From contig OY969569.1 of NCBI GenBank assembly GCA_963701185.1, positions 447,054-511,053 of the forward strand: a DNA stretch of 64,000 nucleotides. Reading direction: 5' to 3'. The notes below the pieces were generated by a model. The model was not told the DNA's origin. It saw nothing but the letters and a program-made list of their open reading frames with translations, and searched no databases. Each line of letters opens with the position of its first letter. Positions within the stretch are counted from its first letter, which is position 1. The translations under genes and the position numbers were made by a program. This DNA comes from Candidatus Gottesmanbacteria bacterium (GTDB lineage: Bacteria; Patescibacteriota; Microgenomatia; UBA10105; UBA927). Below are positions 24,212-33,824 of this stretch, piece after piece.

Positions 24212-25432
24212 ATGAAAATACCTATGAATAAGGAGCTTGATACATTTTACTCAAATACAGGAACGCTTGACGTGCGCATACAACAAACAACAGGACTAAA
24301 CGGCAAAAGTGAACTGTTGAAAACTATGCAGGGGCGCGGGCAAAATCGTGCGACGGACTTACTCCTTGAAAGTCCGTGTAATGAACGGTGCGTAGCTTGC
24401 TTTTTTCAGGAAGCCGGTGGCCCGGGGAGTATCCGCCTAACACCCGAAGTCGTCAACGACATACGGACAACCGCCGGCATATTAGGCGCGCCCGATAAAA
24501 CAATGTTCACGTTGTATCCGAAAGAAATAACCACAGCGATGCCGCTTCTTCCTGTATTTTCCGAACGTTCAGTCACAAGAACACTTACGAACGGGAAACG
24601 TCTTGGTGAACCCGGAGTACTGGAGACTTTGAAAAATGCCGGAATCCGGGATCTTATGGTTACCGTACCGGGCAACGCCTCCTCGTATGCGCTCTACACA
24701 CAAGAAAAAGAACAAACCTATGACCGGCTCTTGAATACTATCGGATCGGCTATCCGCGCGGGCTTTACTGTCGGTATTTTTTATCCCGTTTTTAGGCCAA
24801 ATATTGATGATGTGTTGGAAACGACTCTCCGTTTGCAGGAACTCGGTGTACGCGAAATAAAATTTATCCGGGTTATACCTGTCGGCGCCGCCCGAAACTT
24901 ATCTGATGACATGTTTACTGATAAGGACAGTACGCTTCAATTTTTATGTAACGTCAATAAGGCTCGAAAACAAGCGGGAAATACAATGGAGCTGACTCTT
25001 TTTGGCGGGTCATTCGGACCGAATTTTTTTGCAAAATCCATTTACCGATATCTCTCGGGTGCATCCGACCGATGGCCGGGCAGTCAATACTATTGTCCGA
25101 TGGTCAACGGACAGTTCATCGGCATCGCATTCGGTACCGGAAAGGGGTATCCATGCTTTAAAGCGTTGGCTTTTCCGGAATTAATTTCGGGAGAATATAA
25201 AAACGGAAAACTCGTACAAAAGCCGCCACTCGTAACAAAAGAAAATCTTGAAAAAAATCTCTGCGGTCAATGTTCAGAACAACAATGTACGTATCAATCG
25301 CTGTGTATGGGTGGATGCCGCATTACTGCATTTGCGTTTGCTAAACGCCGCGGAGAAGCCGATCCGCTGTACGCCGAGCAGGATGTCTGCGTCACGAAAA
25401 TTCTTGAGGAAAATCAATCAACAATAAGTTGA
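24212..25432 (+). CDS. radical SAM enzyme with C-terminal SPASM/twitch Cys cluster
   Basis: CNERCVAC (CxxxCxxC) at residues ~56-63 after a ~55-aa N-terminal extension. C-terminal CGQCSEQQCTYQSLCMGGC. Confidence 0.75.
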   Translation: MKIPMNKELDTFYSNTGTLDVRIQQTTGLNGKSELLKTMQGRGQNRATDLLLESPCNERCVACFFQEAGGPGSIRLTPEVVNDIRTTAGILGAPDKTMFTLYPKEITTAMPLLPVFSERSVTRTLTNGKRLGEPGVLETLKNAGIRDLMVTVPGNASSYALYTQEKEQTYDRLLNTIGSAIRAGFTVGIFYPVFRPNIDDVLETTLRLQELGVREIKFIRVIPVGAARNLSDDMFTDKDSTLQFLCNVNKARKQAGNTMELTLFGGSFGPNFFAKSIYRYLSGASDRWPGSQYYCPMVNGQFIGIAFGTGKGYPCFKALAFPELISGEYKNGKLVQKPPLVTKENLEKNLCGQCSEQQCTYQSLCMGGCRITAFAFAKRRGEADPLYAEQDVCVTKILEENQSTIS

Positions 25433-25480
25433 TCTGGTATTCGCGCCTGAGATTTGGTACGCTGGATACATGAAAAAAAT

Positions 25481-26698
25481 ATGATCAAAGCACAAACACT
25501 GAAAGGATTCAGGGATTTTTTGCCCGAAACCGCCATCGCGCGGCAAATGGTGACGGGAAAAATCAGGAACGTGTTTGAGCGGTACGGATTTGATCCCTTA
25601 GAAACGCCGGCGCTGGAATACGCTGAAACGCTCACGGGAAAATACGGCGGCGAGGCGGATAAATTACTCTACCTATTCCGCGATAACGGGAAACGGAAAG
25701 TGGGACTCCGGTATGACCAGACAGTTCCCCTCTCGCGGGTTATAGCCCAATATCCGCTCCTTCCCAAACCGTTCAAGCGGTATCAAATCCAACCCGTGTG
25801 GCGCGCGGAAAATACGCAGAAGGGCAGATTCCGCGAGTTTCTGCAATGCGACATCGATACCGTCGGCTCTGACTCTCCTCTTGCCGACGCGGAAATTATT
25901 GACTGTTCGCTCAATACCTTTAAACAACTCGGGTTTCCAGGTATCACCATGGATGTCAATGACCGCACGATATTCGACGACCTTAAACTAACCAAGAAAG
26001 AAATAACCATCATTGATAAACTCGATAAAATCGGCACGGATGCGGTTATTGAGGATCTGGAAGCGGGCGGAAGGAAGGACGCAAAAAAATTATTTGAATC
26101 ACTCAAGCGGGCAAAGCCGACCGAGCGCATGTGGAAAATTTTTGAGGCACTCAAACGTCTGGGGTATAAAGAAGACGCGGACTTCCGGTTCAACCGGTTT
26201 TTAGCCAGAGGTTTAGATTACTACACAAGTACGATATTCGAGTTAAAGGCAGGGGCCTATACCAGCGGATCATTGGCGGGCGGCGGACGGTACGATACAT
26301 TGATCGGACAATTTTCCGGCCAAAATTTGCCGGCCGTAGGCATTGCGTTCGGGTTTGACCGCATCATGGAAGCGATGGAGGAATTTAAATTACTCCCCCC
26401 GCAACCCACTGCCACGCAGATATTGGTTACTATTTTCTCGCCCCAACAGCTTGGCGCCGCCCTTGAACTCACGACGAAATTCCGCCGCGGCGGACTCAAT
26501 ACCGAGGTCTACGGCGACACAGAGGCGAAACTCGACAAACAGCTCAAATATGCCGATAAAAAGGGAATTCCGTATGTGGTTATTGCAGGTCCGGATGAGA
26601 TAGCACGGGATGTCATAAAACTGAAAACCATGGAAACGAAAAAACAGGAGGAACTGTCTGTCGATGAGGTTGTCGATAAGTTGACGAAGGCCTCGTAA
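25481..26698 (+). CDS. hisS: histidyl-tRNA synthetase
   Basis: Start at MIKAQTLKGFRDFLPE; class II motifs; FRRGG anticodon-binding region. Confidence 0.9.
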   Translation: MIKAQTLKGFRDFLPETAIARQMVTGKIRNVFERYGFDPLETPALEYAETLTGKYGGEADKLLYLFRDNGKRKVGLRYDQTVPLSRVIAQYPLLPKPFKRYQIQPVWRAENTQKGRFREFLQCDIDTVGSDSPLADAEIIDCSLNTFKQLGFPGITMDVNDRTIFDDLKLTKKEITIIDKLDKIGTDAVIEDLEAGGRKDAKKLFESLKRAKPTERMWKIFEALKRLGYKEDADFRFNRFLARGLDYYTSTIFELKAGAYTSGSLAGGGRYDTLIGQFSGQNLPAVGIAFGFDRIMEAMEEFKLLPPQPTATQILVTIFSPQQLGAALELTTKFRRGGLNTEVYGDTEAKLDKQLKYADKKGIPYVVIAGPDEIARDVIKLKTMETKKQEELSVDEVVDKLTKAS

Positions 26699-26706
26699 TA
26701 AGAATA

Positions 26707-26733
26707 CCAATCCCGATCTAATCGGGATGATAT
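26707..26733. repeat. Hairpin CAATCCCGATCTAATCGGGATGATATG (TCCCGATC family), intergenic hisS / EamA
   Basis: Read directly. Confidence 0.7.
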
Positions 26734-27751
26734 GATAAAAAAACTCAATACTGTCCAAAAAGCGTTTTTGGCACTGATTATTGCCAATATCATCTGGGGC
26801 GCGGCTGCGGCAATATTTAAATTAAGTCTCCAAAATATTCCCCCGTTTACCCTGGCCTTCTGGCGGTTTTTCCTGGGTGCTATGTTGATCTTCATCATCA
26901 TCGGCAAAAAAATTTACCTGCCTCTTGCCAATCGGCGCGACGGAATCCTGTTGTTTCTTTACGGATTCTTAGGCATCACCATCAACATCATCTTTTTCTT
27001 TTGGGGATTGAGGCTTACCTTTGCCATCAATTCACCGGTCATATCCAGTGCGCAGCCGATTCTGACATTGTTTTTTGCGCTTCTTTTTTTGCATGAGGTG
27101 TTTAAACTGAAAAAATTTCTCGGCATGATATTGGGAACTCTGGGCATTATCGTCATTGTTATCGAACCGCTGATTCTTCGCGGCGTCGACGGGTCGGTTC
27201 TCGGCAATATCTATCTTGTTATCGCAACTATTGCGGCAGTCGGACAAACGATCGTCGGCAAAAAAATCCTGGGCAAATACAATCCCTGGGCATTTACCTT
27301 CTGGGCATTTCTGGTCGGGGCGGCAAGTTTCCTGCCGCTGGCCTTCTACGAATATGCAACGATCCCTCATGTGTATGCCCTCTTAGATTGGCGCGGGTAC
27401 ACGGGTATCGCATACGGGGCAATTTTCAGCAGTACCCTCGGATACGGATTGTATGCATGGGGCCTGTCAAAAATTTCGGCGACCGATACGGCGATGTTTG
27501 CGTATGTCGATCCGATTGTCGGTACCGTGGCCGGAGCCCTCTTGTTGCATGAACCGATCACCTTCCCCTTTGTCGGCGGAGCCCTTCTCATTTTCTCAGG
27601 GATATTTTTAGCCGAAGGCCGCATCCATTACCATCCGATCCGGAAGTTGATCCAGTTGGGCAAGACCATTGAAGAGGCCGTTTCTGTTCCTCCCCCGCCG
27701 CGTCGTCTGGAGAAAAAGAAAGTGTTAGCTTCAATTTTCGGCAAAACGTGA
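26732..27751 (+). CDS. EamA/DMT-family transporter
   Basis: 10 TM helices, duplicated EamA halves. Confidence 0.8.
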   Translation: MIKKLNTVQKAFLALIIANIIWGAAAAIFKLSLQNIPPFTLAFWRFFLGAMLIFIIIGKKIYLPLANRRDGILLFLYGFLGITINIIFFFWGLRLTFAINSPVISSAQPILTLFFALLFLHEVFKLKKFLGMILGTLGIIVIVIEPLILRGVDGSVLGNIYLVIATIAAVGQTIVGKKILGKYNPWAFTFWAFLVGAASFLPLAFYEYATIPHVYALLDWRGYTGIAYGAIFSSTLGYGLYAWGLSKISATDTAMFAYVDPIVGTVAGALLLHEPITFPFVGGALLIFSGIFLAEGRIHYHPIRKLIQLGKTIEEAVSVPPPPRRLEKKKVLASIFGKT

Positions 27752-27766
27752 TATAATAAGCATCTC

Positions 27767-28075
27767 ATGAAAACAACTATTCATCCTCAATGGTATCCTG
27801 ATGCGGTTGTGACGTGTGCCTGCGGCAACCGGTTTACGGTAGGCGCAACCAAGCCGGAGCTGCGCGTGGAAATCTGTGCCAAATGCCACCCCTTTTTCAC
27901 CGGCGAAATGAAGTTCGTCGATACGATGGGGCGCGTGGAACGGTTTCAGACCAAAGTCAAAGCCGCTGCGGCACAATCGACCGTCCTGGCTGCACGAAAG
28001 AAAAAGAAACAGGAACGCGAGTCGCAGCTGCGCAACCCCAAATCCCTCAAAGACATGTTGATGGGGTTAAAATAG
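27767..28075 (+). CDS. rpmE: 50S ribosomal protein L31 (Zn-ribbon type)
   Basis: CACGNRF...[10 protein letters not shown]...DTMGRVERF. Confidence 0.85.
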   Translation: MKTTIHPQWYPDAVVTCACGNRFTVGATKPELRVEICAKCHPFFTGEMKFVDTMGRVERFQTKVKAAAAQSTVLAARKKKKQERESQLRNPKSLKDMLMGLK

Positions 28076-28169
28076 ATCCTTTCAATTTCCAATTTTTAAT
28101 TTTCAATCAATTGCCAATTTTTCAATGTTTGAAAATTTATTGTAAATTGTAAATTGATAATTAATAATT

Positions 28170-28868
28170 ATGAATCAAGATGTTGCAATTATGGAATTCC
28201 GGCCGGGTCCCGGCGGCGAGGAAGCCCGTCATTGGGCTGCCGATCTCATGCGCATGTACATCCGCTATGGGAACATTTCCGGCTGGAAAATCGAACAGCT
28301 CTCCGATACTGCCATCCGCGTCCGCGGACAGGGAGTTTTTACCAAATTACAGTATGAGGCGGGTACACACCGCGTCCAGCGGGTCCCCTCCACGGAACGG
28401 TCGGGGCGTATCCACACGTCTACCGCGACAGTAGCAGTGCTGCCGGAAATCCCTGAAACAGACGTATATATCCGTCCCGAAGATATTGAGTGGGATTTTT
28501 TCAGAAGCGGCGGCAAGGGCGGACAAAACGTCAATAAAGTAAGCTCCGCGGCCCGCATCCGCCACAAACCGACCGGCATCGTCGTCTCCGCACAGACCGA
28601 GCGCGACCAGTACCAAAACCGTCAGGTGGCTCTGTCTATGCTTCGCGCCAAACTTTGGGAACTTGAAGAAACAAAGACAGCCGCAACACTCGGGGCGGCC
28701 CGCAGTATCATCGGCCGCGGGATGCGCGCCGAAAAGATCCGAACGTACAATTTTCCGCAAAACCGCGTGACTGACCACCGGATCGGGAAATCCTGGCACA
28801 ATCTGGACGACATTATCGAGGGGAAAATGGGGAAAATCACCGAGGCGCTACTGACCTCTCAGGTATAA
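28170..28868 (+). CDS. prfA: class-I peptide chain release factor, RF1-like (PST tripeptide), lacking N-terminal domain 1
   Basis: GGQ motif (GGKGGQNVNK); RVQRVPSTERSGRIHTSTATVAVLPE; only 232 aa, beginning at the domain-2 equivalent. Confidence 0.7.
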   Translation: MNQDVAIMEFRPGPGGEEARHWAADLMRMYIRYGNISGWKIEQLSDTAIRVRGQGVFTKLQYEAGTHRVQRVPSTERSGRIHTSTATVAVLPEIPETDVYIRPEDIEWDFFRSGGKGGQNVNKVSSAARIRHKPTGIVVSAQTERDQYQNRQVALSMLRAKLWELEETKTAATLGAARSIIGRGMRAEKIRTYNFPQNRVTDHRIGKSWHNLDDIIEGKMGKITEALLTSQV

Positions 28869-28869
28869 C

Positions 28870-29568
28870 ATGGTACGACTTGTCACGTACAACATCCATT
28901 TTGGAAAACGTCTCATTGATATTATTTCCTGGATAAACAGACAGACAGATGCCGATATTATCTGCCTGCAGGAATTTCCGGAACATCGCATTTCCGACTG
29001 TATGCCAATAATTCAGAACGGCGTATATGATTACCGCTTTGCTCCTTCTTTACATCGCCGCAAAAAAGTGTACGGTCAACTTACGATGTTCCGAAAAAAC
29101 CGGGTACAGCTGATATCAGCGTCCACACTCCCTCTCACGTCCACTCGGCTAGACCGGCTTTCCTTCGGACACGCGTCACGCAGAAGCTGTCTTTTCACAA
29201 AGTTCCGGATTCAACGGAAAAAATTCATCGTTGCTAATATTCAGCTGTCATGTCTTGCATCAAACAGCCTCAGGTATTCACAACTCCGGCACATTATTCA
29301 TGCGCTTAAAACAACATCTATTTCCCATATTATTGCAGGTGATTTTAATGTGTCCAGTCTCTTGGGCAGAAAAAAACTGTTTATGCTTATGAAAAACAGC
29401 CTGTATGAAACGGTCGAAAACCGTATGGCGACACACCGGCTTATGATCATTAAGCACCAGACGGATTATGTATTTGCAAAAAAATGCAGAGTGCAGAAAA
29501 TCAGTGTAGAGAGAATCCGCTTCTCCGACCATTATCCCGTGACTGCGGACATTCTTCTATCGCAGTAA
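28870..29568 (+). CDS. endonuclease/exonuclease/phosphatase (EEP) family protein
   Basis: VTYNIHFG, DADIICLQE, GDFN, SDHYPV. Confidence 0.75.
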   Translation: MVRLVTYNIHFGKRLIDIISWINRQTDADIICLQEFPEHRISDCMPIIQNGVYDYRFAPSLHRRKKVYGQLTMFRKNRVQLISASTLPLTSTRLDRLSFGHASRRSCLFTKFRIQRKKFIVANIQLSCLASNSLRYSQLRHIIHALKTTSISHIIAGDFNVSSLLGRKKLFMLMKNSLYETVENRMATHRLMIIKHQTDYVFAKKCRVQKISVERIRFSDHYPVTADILLSQ

Positions 29569-30822
29569 CAGGTCGACGGCCTTTTCCAGTTGGGCATCGG
29601 CAGTGGCAACGGTGGTCATATCCGTCGTAATGAGAACATCCGGCGTGATGCCTTTTTTGCTGATCGAATCGCCGCGGGGCAAGAGCCACTTGCCGGTCGT
29701 GATATGGACGCTTGAACCGTCCGCTAAATCTTCCGGCGTCTGGACCGATCCTTTACCGAATGACGTTTCCCCGACCAACGTTGCACGCTTATAGTCCCGA
29801 AGGGCCCCGGAAACAATCTCCGCAGCAGAGGCGCTCCCTTTATTAATAAGCACAACCATGGGGATTGTCAGCAGTCTCCCCTGCCGGTTGACGGGATAGT
29901 CCTCTTTCGTGCCGTCGCTGTTGACCTGCGAGACCACCGTCCCGTTTTTGATAAATTCGCTTGCGATGTAGACAGCCCCTTCCAAATACCCTCCGGGGTT
30001 ATTGCGCAAATCCAAAATGAGTCCGTTCACGGAATTCCCTTTGGCGAGCACGTCGCCGACTGCCTTTTCCCATTCTGCGTTTGTATGATCGCCGAATTGC
30101 GACAACTGGATGTATGCGACTTCCCCGTTTTTCGGCAATTTTTTGGCGGCTTCAACGCCGGCGATTTCCGTAATGTCAGCAACGGGTTTTATCCACCAGA
30201 CCACCGAAGGAACGGTGATGGTATTGCGGACGATAGAAATATCCACCGGGCTGCCGTCATTGGGATGAAGGATGGTGAGTTTCACGGTCGTCCCTTTCGG
30301 GCCGCGGATTTTATTTACCGCCTGCTGGATGGTCCATCCGCTTGTGTCCTCGCTGTCTACCTTCATAATATAATCACCGGAAATAATTCCTGCCGCTTCC
30401 GCAGGCGTACCCTTGAGGGGTGCAATCACCATGACGCGGCTGTCTTTCATGCCCAGTTGTGCGCCGATCCCCTCAAACGCCCCGCCCAGGTTTTCCTTAA
30501 ACTCTTTGTTGTCCTTCGGGGGAAGGTACGTCGTGTACGGATCGCCGAGAGCACCTACCATGCCGGAAATAGCGCCCCATACCATTTTCTGCGGGTCAAT
30601 CGTCGCCCGGTCTATGTAGGACCGGTTAATCCGCTGCCACACATCCCAAAACAGGGAAAAATCCACATTGACGGAAGCGGGTGCATGTTGATTGACGATA
30701 ATCCGTTTGTCGGCAGATAACGTAACGGAAGTTTTCCGTTCACCCAGACGATACCCGATACCTCCCGTGAGGATGCTGATGGCGGCAATGATGACAAACA
30801 GCCGGATTTTTGAAAATTGCAT
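29557..30822 (-). CDS. ctpA: carboxyl-terminal processing protease (S41) with PDZ domain
   Basis: GLILDLRNNPGGYL, TNxGSASAAEIVSGAL; N-terminal TM. Confidence 0.85.
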   Translation of the reverse strand: MQFSKIRLFVIIAAISILTGGIGYRLGERKTSVTLSADKRIIVNQHAPASVNVDFSLFWDVWQRINRSYIDRATIDPQKMVWGAISGMVGALGDPYTTYLPPKDNKEFKENLGGAFEGIGAQLGMKDSRVMVIAPLKGTPAEAAGIISGDYIMKVDSEDTSGWTIQQAVNKIRGPKGTTVKLTILHPNDGSPVDISIVRNTITVPSVVWWIKPVADITEIAGVEAAKKLPKNGEVAYIQLSQFGDHTNAEWEKAVGDVLAKGNSVNGLILDLRNNPGGYLEGAVYIASEFIKNGTVVSQVNSDGTKEDYPVNRQGRLLTIPMVVLINKGSASAAEIVSGALRDYKRATLVGETSFGKGSVQTPEDLADGSSVHITTGKWLLPRGDSISKKGITPDVLITTDMTTVATADAQLEKAVDLLLR

Positions 30823-30834
30823 GTTTCTATTCTC

Positions 30835-31077
30835 TCATGCGCGGACGACAAATGGAAGGAGGGCGACCAATCTCGCGCGCTTGACGGCCGCGGTAATCTC
30901 CCGCTGATGGCGCGCGCATAACCCCGTCCGGGCGCGGCTTAACAGTTTAGCCCGTTCGGTTATATATTTATTCAACGTGCCGATATCTTTGTAATCCGGC
31001 TCTGTCTTATTTGCACAGAACGGACAATTTTTTGCTACCGGCCGCTCACGTCTTTTATCAAATCTTCGTTTCATCAT
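30835..31077 (-). CDS. rpsR: 30S ribosomal protein S18
   Basis: CPFC...DYKD...TG.CARHQREIT.AVKRAR.VALLP. Confidence 0.85.
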   Translation of the reverse strand: MMKRRFDKRRERPVAKNCPFCANKTEPDYKDIGTLNKYITERAKLLSRARTGLCARHQREITAAVKRARLVALLPFVVRA

Positions 31078-31086
31078 ATATTTTTA

Positions 31087-31566
31087 TTAAAACGGTATAT
31101 CGTCAGGATTCACTTCTTCCGACGGCACATCTTTCTTTACTTCCGGCTTGCCCTCCGTAGCTTTAGCGATGGAGGGTTGGGCAATCGTCGTCGCACTTTC
31201 CCCTGCTTCCCCTCCTGCTACGACCGGCCTTCGAGGATCCAAAATAATCATATCCTCGATAACAACTTCCGTCGTACTTCTGGGCTGACCGTCTGCCGTC
31301 TGCCACGCGTTCGTCCGCAGCCGCCCCTCAACGTATATCTTTCTTCCTTTCACCAAAAGCTGACTGCAGAGTTCCGCGAGTTTGTTCCACGCAACGACCC
31401 GATGAAACTCCGTTTCTTCCTTCTTCTCGCCTGCTTCCGTCGTCCATGCACGGTTGGTGGCCAAACCGATGGTACATACGGCTGCCCCTGTCGGGGTATA
31501 CCGCAATTCCGGATCACGGGTCAAATTACCAATGAGCTGTACTTTATTCAGACTTCGTGATGACAT
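31087..31566 (-). CDS. ssb: single-stranded DNA-binding protein
   Basis: OB-fold NKVQLIGNLTRDPELRYTPTG; acidic tail DDIPF. Confidence 0.9.
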   Translation of the reverse strand: MSSRSLNKVQLIGNLTRDPELRYTPTGAAVCTIGLATNRAWTTEAGEKKEETEFHRVVAWNKLAELCSQLLVKGRKIYVEGRLRTNAWQTADGQPRSTTEVVIEDMIILDPRRPVVAGGEAGESATTIAQPSIAKATEGKPEVKKDVPSEEVNPDDIPF

Positions 31567-31569
31567 ATG

Positions 31570-31848
31570 CTACTCCTTTACCGTGAGCAGGAATCGCAGT
31601 ACATCCGTGCCTTGTGTAATCTGTTTTTCAAATCCGCCGATATCCATGGCTGAGCCGGTAATGATGGCCACAACATACACGCCTTCCGTTTGTTTTTTAA
31701 TCGGATACGCAAGCCGCTTTTTCCCCATGACCGTCAGTTCTTTGATTTTTCTGTCTCCGATGAGTTTTTCGACCAAACTCCGCGCCGGCTTTTCTTCAAT
31801 CCCAAAATCCGGCCGGATGACCAACATAAGCTCGTAGACTCGCTGCAT
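31570..31848 (-). CDS. rpsF: 30S ribosomal protein S6
   Basis: MQRVYELMLVIRPD...KRLAYPI; within the conserved rpsF-ssb-rpsR arrangement. Confidence 0.8.
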   Translation of the reverse strand: MQRVYELMLVIRPDFGIEEKPARSLVEKLIGDRKIKELTVMGKKRLAYPIKKQTEGVYVVAIITGSAMDIGGFEKQITQGTDVLRFLLTVKE

Positions 31849-31862
31849 AGAGGCTAATAGTA

Positions 31863-32882
31863 TCATGTTCCGACCTTAAATTCAACGATGTCCCCGTTCC
31901 GCATGACGTACTCTTTGCCCTCAACCCGAACTTTTCCTAACTCGCGCGCACGCTTCCAACCCCCGACTGCAACGAAATCAGCGTAGGATATGCAATCGGC
32001 TTTGATGAACTTCTTCTCAAAATCCGTATGGATAACACCGGCGGCGGCGGGTGCTTTCATGCCGTTTTCAATGGTCCAGGCGCGCGCCTCAATAACTCCC
32101 GTGGTCAAAAATGAGATAAGCCCCAGCATGTCGTAGGCTTTTTGGATCAGCCGGTCGAGTCCCGACGCCTCCAGCCCGAGCGATTTCAGGTATTCTTTCT
32201 GGTCGGCCTCCGATAATCCCGCTAATTGCGCTTCCGTTTCCGCACAGATGGCAAGCATGTCGTTTTTCTCGCTTAATTGACTCTCCGATACGTTAGCAAC
32301 ATACATCACGGGTTTCATGGTTAAGAGTTGGAGATCCCGTATTTCTTCCGGATCAACGGCAACATCTTTTGCAAGTTTCCCATGATTTAATTCTTCGATA
32401 AGTTTACTCACCCCCGCTGTTTTTATCTTCTGTTTTTCCAATGTCTGCAAATCCGCGAGTATCAGTTCCGTTTCCACAATTTCCCGATCCCGCGCCGGAT
32501 CTATATCCCCCATCACATGAACGATGTCCGGTTCCGGAAAAAACCGCATAAGATGACAAATAATATGCACCTCGCGGATGTGGGCAAGAAATTTGTTCCC
32601 CAGTCCCTGGCCCTCCGATGCCCCCTTCACCAGTCCCGCAATATCCACAAACTCGACGGTCGCCGGCCGCAGCGGCGGCAGTTTGTCCATTTTTTCTTCA
32701 GACTTTGTGATTTCAGCAAGGCGCGCCAGCCGCGCGTCGGGCACCGGAACCACACCCACGTTGGGTTCAATCGTTGCAAACGGGTAATTGGCCGCAAACG
32801 CCACCTGCTTTTTGAGAAGCGCATTAAACAGCGTCGACTTCCCCACATTCGCCAACCCCACAATGCCTATTTTCAAATTCAT
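31863..32882 (-). CDS. ychF: ribosome-binding ATPase YchF (Obg-family, TGS domain)
   Basis: GIVGLANVGKSTLFNAL, NYPFATIEPN, C-terminal TGS. Confidence 0.9.
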   Translation of the reverse strand: MNLKIGIVGLANVGKSTLFNALLKKQVAFAANYPFATIEPNVGVVPVPDARLARLAEITKSEEKMDKLPPLRPATVEFVDIAGLVKGASEGQGLGNKFLAHIREVHIICHLMRFFPEPDIVHVMGDIDPARDREIVETELILADLQTLEKQKIKTAGVSKLIEELNHGKLAKDVAVDPEEIRDLQLLTMKPVMYVANVSESQLSEKNDMLAICAETEAQLAGLSEADQKEYLKSLGLEASGLDRLIQKAYDMLGLISFLTTGVIEARAWTIENGMKAPAAAGVIHTDFEKKFIKADCISYADFVAVGGWKRARELGKVRVEGKEYVMRNGDIVEFKVGT

Positions 32883-32962
32883 ATGTTGACAATGTATTTA
32901 CAAAATTCTATACTATGTGTACAAAAGACGAGGGAGAGACCGTAAGGCTCGAGCTCGTTTTT

Positions 32963-33760
32963 TTACGATTTTGGAACAACGCAAAACGGATCAATTGCTT
33001 CATAAAGTTTCATTTTCGTTTCTTTTGCAAATTTTGGCTTCTGAAATAACTTACGATCCAATATCCGAATTATACGATCTTCGTACGTACCTACTTTATA
33101 TGTTGCTTTACCTGACTGACGTAAATATCTACATCGCGCCGCAAAGGCAAATAAATCGGCGAGCTCTTCTTCTATATCAGAATTGTTTTTCGTCACAAAA
33201 GAAATAGATGTAATCATCGACTGAACTTTACGATAATCGATCGCAAATTCCGTTGCGCCGGGAGAAAGAAAATATGAGAATTCCCGAAGATAATATTGAT
33301 CTCGTTCAGACGTAGCTGATTCAATCGTAATCTTCCCGTGATCGCCCCCCAAACCAAGTAACCAAACGATAAAATGATAAAACAATCGATGGGCGGTTTC
33401 TTGCACAATTTTCGTGCCGTTCCATCCCTCCGTCCTCGCTACTTGTTTATCTGCAACGACGACGAAAATAGTAAATCTAAATTCGTTTAGAAGGAGAAAC
33501 AAATCATGCAAAAATTCTGCGTATCGTGCTTTTTGTTTATTAAACTGTTCATACTCTTCAATCCGTAAGCCAATATCACGAGAATGAAATAAAATGTTCG
33601 TTCGTCCCCAATATTTAAACTTAATCTGATCAGCACGCGTTTTAATCGCTAATCGCTGATCCCTTTCTACAGCGCAACCACAAAGAATATAAATTTCTGT
33701 TTTTTTATCTAATGGATTTGCTACTCCTGATTCATCAACAAATAAATCGTACTGTTTCAT
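32963..33760 (-). CDS. DUF3800-family protein
   Basis: N-terminal YDLFVDESG motif characteristic of DUF3800. Confidence 0.5.
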   Translation of the reverse strand: MKQYDLFVDESGVANPLDKKTEIYILCGCAVERDQRLAIKTRADQIKFKYWGRTNILFHSRDIGLRIEEYEQFNKQKARYAEFLHDLFLLLNEFRFTIFVVVADKQVARTEGWNGTKIVQETAHRLFYHFIVWLLGLGGDHGKITIESATSERDQYYLREFSYFLSPGATEFAIDYRKVQSMITSISFVTKNNSDIEEELADLFAFAARCRYLRQSGKATYKVGTYEDRIIRILDRKLFQKPKFAKETKMKLYEAIDPFCVVPKS

Positions 33761-33824
33761 GCCTGAATTGTAACATAATCATCCCACAAAAGAACACCAA
33801 TGATGGGTGTGATAGGATAGATTT

